Source: an uncultured Gammaproteobacteria bacterium
GTDB lineage: Bacteria > Patescibacteriota > Patescibacteriia > UBA9934 > CAZDDW01
DNA: 64,000 nucleotides
Assembly: GCA_965231015.1 (NCBI GenBank)
Contig: OZ246408.1
Span: 83,755-147,754 of the forward strand
Direction of reading: 5' to 3'
Shown one piece after another: positions 18,466 to 28,457 of the stretch. The position numbers and the translations under genes are program-made. How positions within the stretch are numbered: the first letter of the stretch is position 1; each line of letters starts with the position of its first letter. The notes beneath the pieces were generated by a model. The model was not told where the DNA came from, made no database searches, and saw only the letters and a list, made by a program, of their open reading frames with translations.

Positions 18466-19338
18466 TTATAAATCCTTACAGATTTTTTTGAGTTCTTTTT
18501 TAAAGTTGGCTCCGTACTTTTTATCGGCCAAAGCCATTTCTACGTTGGTTTTGAGCCAGGCCTCAATAGTTCCAATATCACGGTAAACACCCTCAACTTT
18601 TTTGGCGTAAATTGGTCGTTTTTTTGCCAGAGCAAAAATGGCGTCCACCAGCCAAAGCTCGTTGTCTTTACCAAGCTTGGTTTTTTCCAAGATGTCGAAG
18701 ATGTCCGGGGTCAAGATGTAACCACCGATAGCGGCTAATTTTGACGGTGCTTTGTCAGGACCTGGTTTTTCCACGATCCCGTTAACTTGAACTACACCAG
18801 GTTCAACTTCGGCAGCAGGATCAATGATTCCAAAACGACTTTGCCCCTTTTTGTCGGTTGGGATAGCGGTTAGAACCGGGTCAGTGTATTTGTTGTAAAC
18901 TTCAATCAGTTGCTTGACCCTAGGCTTCTTGCTTGAGAGAAATTCATCACCCCAAACCACTACAAATGGTTCGTCTCCGACCACGTGTCGAGCGTTCAAA
19001 ACCGGTGTCCCATTTCCATATGGGCCTTTTTGTCGAATATAAACGAAGTTGGCCATGTCAGCAATGTGTTTGACCTCTTCGCGCAAAGCATCCTTGCCCT
19101 GCTTTTTAAGCATGGTCTGAAGTTCGAAGTTGTAATCAAAGTGGTCCTCAACTGCACGTTTACTCATTCCGGTCACCAGAACTATGTTCTCGATTCCGCT
19201 CGCGACACATTCCTCAACCACATATTGAATCACCGGCTTGCCTACAACCGGCATCATTTCTTTAGGCATTGCCTTAGTGGCGGGCAAAAATCTGGTTCCA
19301 AATCCCGCAACAGGGATAACAGCGGTTTTGATGGCCAT
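18466..19338 (-). CDS. galU: UTP--glucose-1-phosphate uridylyltransferase
   Basis: …AVIPVAGFGTRFLPATKAMPKEM… N-terminal motif; 290 aa. Confidence 0.88.
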   Translation of the reverse strand: MAIKTAVIPVAGFGTRFLPATKAMPKEMMPVVGKPVIQYVVEECVASGIENIVLVTGMSKRAVEDHFDYNFELQTMLKKQGKDALREEVKHIADMANFVYIRQKGPYGNGTPVLNARHVVGDEPFVVVWGDEFLSSKKPRVKQLIEVYNKYTDPVLTAIPTDKKGQSRFGIIDPAAEVEPGVVQVNGIVEKPGPDKAPSKLAAIGGYILTPDIFDILEKTKLGKDNELWLVDAIFALAKKRPIYAKKVEGVYRDIGTIEAWLKTNVEMALADKKYGANFKKELKKICKDL

Positions 19339-19639
19339 ATTCGGTTAAAAATAGGATTAATTTCGCTTTATAGTATACCTTTTTTGCCTATTTTAGTAAA
19401 ACAAAAATATCCCGAGCAACAAACTTGGAATACTTATCATCTTTGCTATCCAGTGTTTTAATATTTCAGCTAACATTTCGGCATATCTGATGTTTGCCGT
19501 AGCGTAGCAGAGGCAAATATAGGTGAAGGCTCTACAAGAGCCGTAACCAGATATACGCTGTTATATGATGTACATGTTTTCCTTTAATTTCTGAAAGAAA
19601 TTGCTCTTACAAAAGAAAGATCCGATTTTGTTTTTCCGT

Positions 19640-19757
19640 TTTGGGCGAAGGGCAGAGGGGATTAAGGGGTGAATGCCCGAGCCCAAAACACCACTTTCTG
19701 TTTGAGGGAGGGGCAAGAGGGGAATTAAAGGGGTGAATTGCCCCGACCGAAAACATA
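19640..19757. repeat. Two tandem copies of a ~55-nt unit (GGGCARAGGGGAATTAAAGGGGTGAATKGCCCSRRCCSAAAACA) at the left edge of the AT-rich island. On the minus strand each unit reads as a GGGG-loop-CCCC hairpin plus a T-run (tandem terminators)
   Basis: Direct repeat seen in the sequence. Confidence 0.55.
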
Positions 19758-20630
19758 CTATTTCTTGAAATATTTCTTGATAATAGCAATTACATCTTTT
19801 TTATCACTGACTTTCATTAAATCTTGTGTGCTTTCTTTTGCGAAACGATTCAGTTTCGGTAAATTCAGATGACAAGCTCGAATAATTTTATGTTTTGCAA
19901 ATTTAATTAGGCTGGGATCGTTTTTGTTGAAAATACCAAGACGAACAAAAAGTGTTTCGTATGCCATTATTATTGCGAAAAAATAAACAAATGGAATAAA
20001 CGAGAATGTTAATAATGGAGGCAAAATAAAAGTCTTCAAATTTTGTGAAGTCATAATATTCTGAAAATCACCAAAAACTTTTCCAAGTGCAAAAACAATG
20101 AAAAAAACACCAATCAAAGACAGAATAAAATCAAATAACTTTTTTACAGGCAGATACTCTTTTTTTAATTCAGAAACAGCACTCATTGCTACGATAAAAA
20201 CCAAAACGGGAACTAAAATTATTTCCGCTACTAAATTAAATGTGTAGAGCGTTAGAATAAACTCAAGGGCTAAAATGATTTTGAGGTTATCTTTCAAGAT
20301 TTTAATGAAAAATCCTTTTTCCTGATTTGCCTTGTTAGTATTCATGAGTAATACAAACGCAACGGCTAAAAACCAGTAAATCGTATCTTTTAGAAGTGAA
20401 AAATCCCAGATTCCAATTTTAACTAATACTAAAACTGTAAATCCGGTATATACAATCGCAGCAATAATGACAGATAGTATTTTTATTTGGAAAAGAGATT
20501 TTAAAACACCAGAAAAGGATTGTCTGATTTTCTCTTGAGAAAGTATCCAAATTGTCAAAACAAGAAGCCAGAGAATTATTGCTATTTCTCTTGTGTTGAA
20601 TTGTTGAAAAAAGGTCATGAATTTATCCAT
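19758..20630 (-). CDS. Polytopic membrane protein of unknown function (8 predicted TM helices), AT-rich island
   Basis: The 290-aa hydrophobic ORF overlaps the stop of the upstream 517-aa gene by 8 nt. Confidence 0.5.
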   Translation of the reverse strand: MDKFMTFFQQFNTREIAIILWLLVLTIWILSQEKIRQSFSGVLKSLFQIKILSVIIAAIVYTGFTVLVLVKIGIWDFSLLKDTIYWFLAVAFVLLMNTNKANQEKGFFIKILKDNLKIILALEFILTLYTFNLVAEIILVPVLVFIVAMSAVSELKKEYLPVKKLFDFILSLIGVFFIVFALGKVFGDFQNIMTSQNLKTFILPPLLTFSFIPFVYFFAIIMAYETLFVRLGIFNKNDPSLIKFAKHKIIRACHLNLPKLNRFAKESTQDLMKVSDKKDVIAIIKKYFKK

Positions 20631-22176
20631 TCTTTATGTCGTCAAAGAATTTGTGGTAAATTCTATCCAATAAATCAATTTGATAAATCTCATTTCTTCC
20701 AGCGATAATATCTTCCAGTGAATCAAACAAATTCTGTTGTTTGTTTTTTGCTTGCTGGCAAACTAGCTCAAATTCCCAACAGCCAAAAATATAAAAATTG
20801 TCTGACTGTTCTTTCATTTTCTCTTTTATTTTTTCTCGTGCATATTTGTTTACTCCAAACATCTCATCTAAAAACACAACAATGTTGATGATTTTTTGGT
20901 TTTTATATTTTACTTGGCTAACATTATCGGCTTTTATGTGTGTTTCTTTTTTAGCTATTTTATCAACTTCTTTAGCCAAATCTTCGATCAGTTTATTGAT
21001 ACCATTACCATCTTCGTTTTGTATACCAGCTCTTGAATAATTATCTATCTTTCGTTTTTTGCACTCGATCTGAAAAATAAAATCGTCTGAGACTAAAAGC
21101 CAATCGGTTGTTTTCCATTCATTTTTCCCTACTTTGTAAGTTGCTTCTTTGATTACTTCTGCCCTTGTTAGAGCGTCTATATTGTATTGTTTAAAAAATT
21201 CTCCGATATAATCTTCAAAAATACTGCCGATTTCCTGAAGTAATGTTGTTTTGTCACTATTTTCTAATCTTTCGAGAAGCACGTAATATAAGCCTTCAAA
21301 TGTGCCATATAAAAAGTCTGAAATAGACGGAATTACAAATTTTTCGTTTTCCTTTGCGGAATTGGTTTTTATTACAGGGTATCTTTTTAATACGTTAAAT
21401 TCGTATTTTTTAAGTAGCGAATCAGTTATTTCATGTTTTTTATTTTCTTCTACGAATTTATCTGATGATACAGAAAAAATATCGAAAAACTTATTTATGT
21501 TTTCTTCGCTAAGCAGTGGTCTAAGCGGAATAATTGAGGTATTTGTGTAGCTACTCATTAAAAATGAAGTAGCAAATTGTCCGTCCTCTCTTGGGCAATA
21601 ATTGGCGAAAATACAAGTGCCAATTTTCATTGCTTTGAATATTTCTATTCCAAGTGCTGAATCTAATTTCTTCCCAAGCGATGGATTCCGTTCAAAAATT
21701 TTTGAAAAAATCCAATAGTATCTTGCAATAATACTTGAATGAAAACGTAAATAAAACCACTGATGATTTGTGTTGCGAATAACCCATAACCATCCCTTGT
21801 CTGTTCTGTCCTCTTCAGTTTTAATGTGGTTTAATTCTGTCTCCATATTTCCGTACATATAAACCAAATTCGTTAAATCCACATCGTTATATTGTACCTC
21901 TTGCTCTTTGCAATTCAGTAAAATCTGTTTAGAGAGAAAGGAAACAAAATCTCTAGTGAGAGTACCTGCTTTTAATTTAACTTTTGGTGATGCATAAAAT
22001 TCAAATTCAACATTTACATTTACATACACTTGGTTCCCCATTAGGGCACCTAATTTTTGAATCGACATTAAAGAACCGACAAAATCAAAATTTTTGACGA
22101 CATTATTAAAATCATCAACAGTAAAGTGTCTTGAAAATGGAATATCTGACGAAGTTTGAATTTTTATATCGCTCAT
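20623..22176 (-). CDS. Uncharacterised 517-aa protein (candidate defence/restriction component), AT-rich island
   Basis: A long ORF with very low-GC codon usage. The start was placed at the ATG 29 nt downstream of the stop of the DUF262-HNH gene (the upstream in-frame ATG at 22314 would overlap that gene by 110 nt). No recognisable motif. Confidence 0.5.
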   Translation of the reverse strand: MSDIKIQTSSDIPFSRHFTVDDFNNVVKNFDFVGSLMSIQKLGALMGNQVYVNVNVEFEFYASPKVKLKAGTLTRDFVSFLSKQILLNCKEQEVQYNDVDLTNLVYMYGNMETELNHIKTEEDRTDKGWLWVIRNTNHQWFYLRFHSSIIARYYWIFSKIFERNPSLGKKLDSALGIEIFKAMKIGTCIFANYCPREDGQFATSFLMSSYTNTSIIPLRPLLSEENINKFFDIFSVSSDKFVEENKKHEITDSLLKKYEFNVLKRYPVIKTNSAKENEKFVIPSISDFLYGTFEGLYYVLLERLENSDKTTLLQEIGSIFEDYIGEFFKQYNIDALTRAEVIKEATYKVGKNEWKTTDWLLVSDDFIFQIECKKRKIDNYSRAGIQNEDGNGINKLIEDLAKEVDKIAKKETHIKADNVSQVKYKNQKIINIVVFLDEMFGVNKYAREKIKEKMKEQSDNFYIFGCWEFELVCQQAKNKQQNLFDSLEDIIAGRNEIYQIDLLDRIYHKFFDDIKNG

Positions 22177-22204
22177 AACTCTATTTCTGCAATCATGAAA
22201 TTTA

Positions 22205-23374
22205 CTATCTGTTACCCTTTGCCCGATTATGTGTTTTACACAACATCTCACAATTTTTAATGTCACTTTTGCCGCCCTTACTCCAAGCCGAAACATGGTC
22301 GGCGTCCATTTCACTTAAACTCCAAATTTTTGTTTTGTTTACGTCGTGACCGATAGCACAATGCGGACAATTTGATTTACCCTTTTTCTCCGCTTCAGCG
22401 GTTTGTGTTTTATAAACTGCTTTTTTGGTTGCTTCATCAAAAACTCGAACTTCAAGTAATTTTGTATCAACTGAACCTCCGAGAATATATTCAAAAATGC
22501 CTTTGCGCTTTTTAACATACGGATCGGCATAGAGTGTTTGCACCTCAACTGACACTTTCTTGGGATCATATGCTTTCTTATGGTACTGCTCATACAGTCG
22601 GCCCCACTCAAGTCCGCGCATTTCACTTTCAACATCAATAAATACACTGGAAACCCAATCGATGACGCTGTTGAAATAGGTTTTTAGCTCTTTGATATTC
22701 TCGTCGTAGCGATGATGACTCATATAATCACCAATATTCCCCTTACTTACCCAATCAAGGGCGCACTCTAAAAAATCTTGCCGATTTGCGCTGCCTTTTA
22801 CATATGCACTCCATTTTTGGATATTGGCATTTTGACTATTGCTGAATTCAGCTTTTCCAAGAGTAACAAATGGGCCAGAGTAAACTGCGTTGAGTAGTTC
22901 CTGATTGTTAAGTGGTACTCCAACAATATTGATTGTTTTGAACCATTCTTTTATCTCACTTTCGGTTCCTTCGCACTCATAAATAGTTAGTTTTGTTTCC
23001 AAAATCTTGGTTTGTTTGTCTTTTGCCATGCCACCAAAATATTGCTCCATGCCGTTTTCATCTTTGATAGCAAATTTGTCAGTAACAAATCGCCCAAGAC
23101 TGGTAATGCGCTGTTGACCGTCTAAAACTTCGAGATTGTTGTCGCTTACCTTATTAAAATAAATCAATCCTATTGGGTAACCTTTTAGGACTGAATCAAT
23201 AACAGCTATTTCTTTTTTGCCGCCGTCAGAAGCGTAAATATAGTTTCGCTGATATTCAGGCTGAATAGTCAGTTTGCCGGATAAACCGAATAAGCCCTTA
23301 CCTTCTAGCTCGTTATATACAAAGCCATCGCAGATTTCTTTGACAGTAATGGTGATTTGTAAACTTGTTTTCAT
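22205..23374 (-). CDS. DUF262 (ParB/GmrS-like, DGQQR motif) plus HNH endonuclease fusion protein
   Basis: N-terminal …IQPEYQRNY…DGQQR… and C-terminal …CPHCAIGH…[32 protein letters not shown] (HNH). Confidence 0.78.
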   Translation of the reverse strand: MKTSLQITITVKEICDGFVYNELEGKGLFGLSGKLTIQPEYQRNYIYASDGGKKEIAVIDSVLKGYPIGLIYFNKVSDNNLEVLDGQQRITSLGRFVTDKFAIKDENGMEQYFGGMAKDKQTKILETKLTIYECEGTESEIKEWFKTINIVGVPLNNQELLNAVYSGPFVTLGKAEFSNSQNANIQKWSAYVKGSANRQDFLECALDWVSKGNIGDYMSHHRYDENIKELKTYFNSVIDWVSSVFIDVESEMRGLEWGRLYEQYHKKAYDPKKVSVEVQTLYADPYVKKRKGIFEYILGGSVDTKLLEVRVFDEATKKAVYKTQTAEAEKKGKSNCPHCAIGHDVNKTKIWSLSEMDADHVSAWSKGGKSDIKNCEMLCKTHNRAKGNR

Positions 23375-23375
23375 A

Positions 23376-24566
23376 TTATTGTTTGTTATGTTTGATAAGC
23401 ACCCTTTGATAAACTTTTACTAATAGCCCGTCACGGTTAACAACGCCGCTTGCATTTAAGTCATAAGTTCCTTTTTTTCCGAATTTATCTAAATACGCTT
23501 GTTTACATTCTTCAGTCGTGTACACCCTTGTTTTTAATTTGTACAAATCTTCATTTTCACACATCCCAACAATTTTAAACTGTTCGGGGCTATATTTATC
23601 AAGAATGCTTATCGGCACGCCCATAATGCCATCGAAATCACTCGGAATGTTTTTTACTAACGATACTTCTATCGCGTCATAATTTTCGTACTTTTCAAAA
23701 GGTTTTTTTGTTACGAATTTGATTACCTCTGCTTGTGTCATGAGTGGTAGAGGTTGATGACGGCGACCATGATCAAGGTTAGTGAACCAACGAACACCTT
23801 GCACTCGTGTAACATAAACTTTTTTGCCACTTGCATTTGTTTTGATTTCACGGACTTGCTCCAAATTCGCAATAGCTTCTGGTATCTCAAAAAACATTGC
23901 GCCGGCATTAATTTTGTAATTATTGCCCAACCAAACTTTATTTTCTTTAAGTAATGGGAATATTTCTTTGTATGTTATCGCGTTCAGGTTGCCGATGATC
24001 AAAAACTTTTTATCATAATCAACAAGTTGTTTTATGTATTCTCGAAATAGACTGAATGGTGGATTTGTTACCACAATGTCAGCTTGTTTAAGTAGAGCAA
24101 TAGATTCTTCGCTACGAAAATCACCATCGCCATCTAGCGGAGTCCACTCATTGTCTTTATTTTGCTTAAGCTGTAGAGCAATGTCCTCTAAGTCAAAATC
24201 GCCGTCGCCATCTATGTCGCCTACTTTATTAATAATGAATTTATTTGCAGTTACCTTTCGGCGGCCTTTTGGTTTTGTGAGAGTTTTATCATCGCCAAAC
24301 AATGCTAGTTGCGTATTGGCTACGGGTGATGGTTTATAACTGGTAGTAATAAGCTGTTTTAGTCCGAGCCTGTCAAAGTTGAGTACAAAATATCGAAAGA
24401 AATTGCTTTCAAACGGATCGTCGCAGTTGCAATACACTACCTTGCCTCGGAATACATTGGGGTCGTATTCCAAATAGGCCTCTATTTCTTTTTGAATATC
24501 GGAATATTGAGTATAAAACTCATCATTCTTTGTTCTTTTTGCGTTGGTGAGATTTTTATTCGCCAT
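23376..24566 (-). CDS. N6-adenine DNA methyltransferase (gamma-class-like, NPPF motif)
   Basis: …DEFYTQ… near the N-terminus and …[13 protein letters not shown]… catalytic motif. The stop abuts the start of the DUF262-HNH gene. Confidence 0.78.
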   Translation of the reverse strand: MANKNLTNAKRTKNDEFYTQYSDIQKEIEAYLEYDPNVFRGKVVYCNCDDPFESNFFRYFVLNFDRLGLKQLITTSYKPSPVANTQLALFGDDKTLTKPKGRRKVTANKFIINKVGDIDGDGDFDLEDIALQLKQNKDNEWTPLDGDGDFRSEESIALLKQADIVVTNPPFSLFREYIKQLVDYDKKFLIIGNLNAITYKEIFPLLKENKVWLGNNYKINAGAMFFEIPEAIANLEQVREIKTNASGKKVYVTRVQGVRWFTNLDHGRRHQPLPLMTQAEVIKFVTKKPFEKYENYDAIEVSLVKNIPSDFDGIMGVPISILDKYSPEQFKIVGMCENEDLYKLKTRVYTTEECKQAYLDKFGKKGTYDLNASGVVNRDGLLVKVYQRVLIKHNKQ

Positions 24567-24596
24567 AATTTCTAAAGTTTACGTTTTGTATTATAT

Positions 24597-24725
24597 TCAT
24601 TTTCCCCTAATAAATAAACCGTTTCCGGAGCGAAGCGGAGGAAACACCGCTTTATTCCCCTTATCAAATAAATGTTTTCGTAGCGGAGCGAAGAAAACTC
24701 CATATTTCCCCTCTATAATAAAAGA
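24597..24725. repeat. Degenerate tandem repeats (TTYCCCT-WATMAAATAAA…GGAGCGAAG units) between the MTase gene and tRNA-Ser
   Basis: Three related units are seen directly. Confidence 0.4.
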
Positions 24726-24784
24726 AAAACAAAATTGGATTCTTTTTAAGAGCTGGGGCGATAGCCCCAAAAGGAAAACATGTA

Positions 24785-24955
24785 TTTCATATAACGGCCG
24801 GCGGCTATGCGACGTGGTCCGGAGACGAGCTTGCTCGTCGACGGGCCATGTCCGCATAGCTGACTGTTGTGCGATGTCGCGTAGCGACGAGCGCAACAAA
24901 AGGCGTAGCCGCCGGCCGTTGTGGCGAAGGAGCGAAGCGATTTCGCCACAACTCG
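24785..24955. other. GC-rich, highly structured ~170-nt element in AT-rich DNA (a 16-bp long-range stem ACGGCCGGCGGCTATGCG/CGTAGCCGCCGGCCGT enclosing internal hairpins, then an 11-bp hairpin GTTGTGGCGAA…TTCGCCACAAC); candidate ncRNA or recombination site
   Basis: Inverted repeats are seen directly. The strand is unknown. Confidence 0.35.
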
Positions 24956-25011
24956 TTTATATGTGAAGTAAAGTTCGGATAAGGTGTAAAAAATGGAGAA
25001 TATGTGAAATT

Positions 25012-25103
25012 TGGCGGAGGGAGGGAGATTCGAACTCCCGGTACCCTATAAGGATACACCGCATTTCGAGTGCGGCGCCTTCAACCACTCGAGCCATCCC
25101 TCC
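25012..25103 (-). tRNA. tRNA-Ser (CGA)
   Basis: A 92-nt cloverleaf with a long variable arm; anticodon stem CCGCA/TGCGG, loop CTCGAAA; encoded CCA. Confidence 0.85.
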
Positions 25104-25116
25104 GTGGGCTCTAAAT

Positions 25117-25731
25117 TTAGTTCAATTTTACCTCAGTGTCAACCGATAGTTCATCTTCTGTTTCTTCTTCCGGATAAAGACCAAAAGAGCTGATCATGGC
25201 CTTAAGGTCTGGTTCGTAATCATATAGACCGCGTTCAAAGGTGAACTCAAAAGTGTAGACATTGTTGTCAGACGCCACAATGGAGCCAATGGTTCGGATT
25301 TCCTCACTATCGCGGGTTTTGTCTTCAAAAACCTCTGCAAGATATAGACCAATCCCGTCTTGAAGCAGGGTTAAAGTTCGCTCCGCTCGAGCAATTGGCA
25401 CCTCGGCGTTAATATAGAGGTTGAGTTTAGGGTGTTGGGGGCTGGCCCAGTCCTCAAGGGTTAGGATCAGAACGTGTGGGCGCTGTTCGCGTTCCTGACT
25501 AAGGTCTTCAAATTTTTCGCAACTGATTTGATAACGAGTCGGATAGCGAAAACCAAAACCGATGAGCGGATTTGTGTAAACGCCGTTTAGTTCTTCAGTT
25601 TCATACTCAATACCCACTCCATTTGTTTCTTCCTCTGGCCGGTCTTCAATAATAAAAAAATACACCAGACCAGCTACCATAAGGAGCAGTATTAAAATGA
25701 CAAAACTAGCTATTTTTTCTTGTAATTTCAT
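25117..25731 (-). CDS. Hypothetical membrane-anchored/secreted protein
   Basis: N-terminal TM helix, 204 aa, no motif recognised. Confidence 0.45.
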   Translation of the reverse strand: MKLQEKIASFVILILLLMVAGLVYFFIIEDRPEEETNGVGIEYETEELNGVYTNPLIGFGFRYPTRYQISCEKFEDLSQEREQRPHVLILTLEDWASPQHPKLNLYINAEVPIARAERTLTLLQDGIGLYLAEVFEDKTRDSEEIRTIGSIVASDNNVYTFEFTFERGLYDYEPDLKAMISSFGLYPEEETEDELSVDTEVKLN

Positions 25732-26956
25732 AAGAGGTGCTCAAAGAGAATAAAGCAAGGATTACCCAGGTCAGCACTGCCAAGTCATTTTTAAAGTACG
25801 GTACATCAACCAAGCCGTGAATAAACATGACTAAAAGTGCCCCGGCTGTACCATAAAAAAGCCAGTTGATTCGATGATCCGGATCACGTCCGCGGTATAA
25901 AACACGCAAACAAGCCAGAGTCAAAACAAGTAAAGCCAATAGACCCAGGGCTCCGAGTTCAACCCAGGTGTTGAGAAAAATGTTGTGTGGGTACTGAAAG
26001 ATTTCAATGTGTTCCTGGCTGTGGTACGGCACAATCAAGACCGGGTAACCGTTCAAACCGGCTCCAAATATAGGTTGATCCCCCAAAAATTCAACTGTTT
26101 CCGCCCATTGTACGCGACGAATGCTGCCGGAGTAATCTTGCAGGGTTAGTTTTTCAAAAACTGGTCCGCGAATAGCCGGTACCAACAGGATTACAGCGGT
26201 GGTTATAATGGTAAGGGGCAGGGCCCACCAGCGAGTCCATTTTGAAATGAGCGCCATGAGGCCAAGGGTGGCAGTCAAAGCCACCCAGGCGGCTTCGGTC
26301 TTGGAGAGGATAATGGCAGTCAAGGATAAGGCCAGAGTGAGCATCCAGAAGTATGCGGTGTAGATCTCGGTTCGGTGAAAAGCTTTACCAAGCGCAGTAA
26401 ATCCAAGGACGATGATTGGAGCCAGATACAGGCCAACGGCATTCGGATAAGGGAAGACACTGGTAATTCGCCGCTCCAAGTCCCAGGCTTCTGGAATGGC
26501 CAGTCCGGTAAATTTTTGTAAAATAGCAAATAAAGCCACGAGAAGAGCCCCGACTCCAAGAGCCATTACAGCCTGATTTGCTTCGCCCTCGTTTTTTATT
26601 TGTGATCGCAAGACAAAGTAGAAAAGAATCGGCTCAATAAAGTATGATTTCCAAATACCAAGGGCGGTTAGTTTGTCCGGGGCAACAAAAATCGCTATGG
26701 TTGAAGCGATGATGAATAAGGCGACGGGCCAGCGAAAGTCACGGGTTAGTTTTTTCCAATCACGAAAACGAATCAACCAAATCACAATGACAATAAGCAG
26801 CATGATTTCAAGCAGGGTCATGGGAAGCGAACCAAATTCAAAGCGAACTAGGTAAGCGGGCAGGGTGGCCAGAATGAGCAACGAAGCTGTCCGTGGGTTA
26901 GTCCAGGCAAGCACAGCAAAGCCGAGTATGATAATGGCTAAAATAAATTCGAACAT
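25706..26956 (-). CDS. O-antigen ligase/polymerase-like (Wzy_C-type) polytopic membrane protein
   Basis: A 416-aa multi-TM protein adjacent to a flippase. The assignment is by architecture only. Confidence 0.5.
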   Translation of the reverse strand: MFEFILAIIILGFAVLAWTNPRTASLLILATLPAYLVRFEFGSLPMTLLEIMLLIVIVIWLIRFRDWKKLTRDFRWPVALFIIASTIAIFVAPDKLTALGIWKSYFIEPILFYFVLRSQIKNEGEANQAVMALGVGALLVALFAILQKFTGLAIPEAWDLERRITSVFPYPNAVGLYLAPIIVLGFTALGKAFHRTEIYTAYFWMLTLALSLTAIILSKTEAAWVALTATLGLMALISKWTRWWALPLTIITTAVILLVPAIRGPVFEKLTLQDYSGSIRRVQWAETVEFLGDQPIFGAGLNGYPVLIVPYHSQEHIEIFQYPHNIFLNTWVELGALGLLALLVLTLACLRVLYRGRDPDHRINWLFYGTAGALLVMFIHGLVDVPYFKNDLAVLTWVILALFSLSTSYEITRKNS

Positions 26957-26957
26957 G

Positions 26958-28376
26958 CTAATCGCGTTTTAACATTTCTTGAATAGTTTTGAAGCTTACT
27001 CCGCCGGTACCAAATAAAACCGTAGCATAGACCACTGCACCAATAATAACCTGCCACAGGACGTGCGTGTCTGGCATCACCGTTAAAACGGCATACATAA
27101 CCGCTCCGGCTCCGATGGCTTTAGCAGTAACAACAAGATTTGGTTTAAACTTACTGACTCGAGCCACTACGAAAAATGTGATTCCGGCAATCAAGGCTTC
27201 AGAGGCTACGGTCGTCCAAGCCGCTCCCCACATTCCAAAACGAGGAATGACCACAAAATAGCTAATCAGAGCCACTACGGCTGTAGTGGCGTAACCCCAA
27301 GTCATTACTTTCTGAAGCTTAAGAGCCACAATGGCGTGACCGGTTAAAGCTCCATAGAAAACAAAAACCGCCGCAATCATTAACACCTTTAGGATTTCAC
27401 CTGATTCTCGGAAGGCTTCACCAGAGACAAAAACCAACAAGGGTACCCCAACGACCAGAGCTCCGGCCAAGATTGGTGCGGCCACGATGGAAAAAAAGTC
27501 AAATGATTTTTGGACCAGGTTTTGGAAGTCTTTTTTGGCTTCTAAGCTCCAGTAGTGAACGAGCGCTGGCAGAGCAATACCCATGTACATGACCGGGATT
27601 GCCGTGATAACGTCCAAAATTTTATATGCGGCACCATAAATTCCTACGTCAGCCTGAGGCCGGAAGATACCAAGAATCAAAATGTCACTTTTTAGATAAA
27701 TCAGGTTGAATAGAATTGACAATCCAATTGGCCAGCCTCGAATAACAGCCTCCTTCCATATTTTTATGTCCAAACTCGGCCAGATTTTGACGAAAGGCCG
27801 AGCAAAATAAATGGTGGTTACAAATTGGAGGAAGTTGCCGATCACAAACGCAACCATCATGGCCACCACACCAAGTTCCAGGTAAGCAAATAATATTACT
27901 ACTCCCATGGTGGTAGAGCGATTGATAAGCTCGGATAGAGCTACGCGCCACATGGCTAAATGTTTTTGAAAAATTCCGACCAACATACCGGACGAAGTCA
28001 TAAAAAGGTATGACAGAGTTCCAACCGCAATGGTCATTTTAATAATGGGCGAATAGGGTAAATATGCTCCAATAAAAGCCGCTAACCCAAAAAAGATAAT
28101 TCCAGAAAGCAGTCTGAGTCCCAAGATTCCTCCGGTGATACGTCGTTCATTCGCCCCGTGTTCGGAAATCATTTGTACGAGCGTAAGGGTCAAGCCAAAA
28201 TCGACCATGACACCAAATATTTGTAGAAAGGTCATGGCTGTTGTCAGTTCTCCATAACTGGTGTCGCCCAGGTGCCGAGTCAAAATAGCAATTGTGACAA
28301 CACCAAAAAGTGTGCCGAGTAATCGGCCAAAAAAATGAACTGAATAATTTCGTGCAAGTTCTCTGGTTCGTCCCAT
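26958..28376 (-). CDS. Polysaccharide biosynthesis protein / oligosaccharide flippase (MOP superfamily, Wzx-like)
   Basis: A 472-aa protein with ~14 TM helices and a typical N-terminal region. Confidence 0.7.
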   Translation of the reverse strand: MGRTRELARNYSVHFFGRLLGTLFGVVTIAILTRHLGDTSYGELTTAMTFLQIFGVMVDFGLTLTLVQMISEHGANERRITGGILGLRLLSGIIFFGLAAFIGAYLPYSPIIKMTIAVGTLSYLFMTSSGMLVGIFQKHLAMWRVALSELINRSTTMGVVILFAYLELGVVAMMVAFVIGNFLQFVTTIYFARPFVKIWPSLDIKIWKEAVIRGWPIGLSILFNLIYLKSDILILGIFRPQADVGIYGAAYKILDVITAIPVMYMGIALPALVHYWSLEAKKDFQNLVQKSFDFFSIVAAPILAGALVVGVPLLVFVSGEAFRESGEILKVLMIAAVFVFYGALTGHAIVALKLQKVMTWGYATTAVVALISYFVVIPRFGMWGAAWTTVASEALIAGITFFVVARVSKFKPNLVVTAKAIGAGAVMYAVLTVMPDTHVLWQVIIGAVVYATVLFGTGGVSFKTIQEMLKRD

Positions 28377-28428
28377 AACAAATGTTAGTATACCCCATTG
28401 TGGCGATCGTTGAAAGGTAATGATTTGA

Positions 28429-28457
28429 TTGACAATAAGGCCAAAATATGCTAAAAT
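28429..28457 (+). promoter_or_regulatory. Promoter module TTGACA-17(…GGCCAAAATATGC)-TAAAAT
   Basis: Same spacer motif as the other copies. It lies inside the annotated 5' end of the 28429 ORF, so the true CDS start is downstream. Confidence 0.5.

Noticed and set aside
19640-19757. Possible CRISPR array (repeated ~45-55-nt units with GGGG…CCCC cores)
   Set aside because: There are only two units, no regular spacers and no cas genes, and the minus-strand reading gives hairpin plus T-run terminators. It was called a tandem terminator-like repeat instead.
22177-22314. Upstream in-frame ATG (22314) for the 517-aa island protein
   Set aside because: Using it would overlap the 3' end of the DUF262-HNH gene by 110 nt. 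The ATG at 22176, 29 nt after that gene's stop, was chosen instead, with moderate confidence only.
24597-24725. Possible CRISPR or minisatellite near tRNA-Ser
   Set aside because: There are three degenerate units of unequal length without a unique spacer structure, so it is not CRISPR-like.
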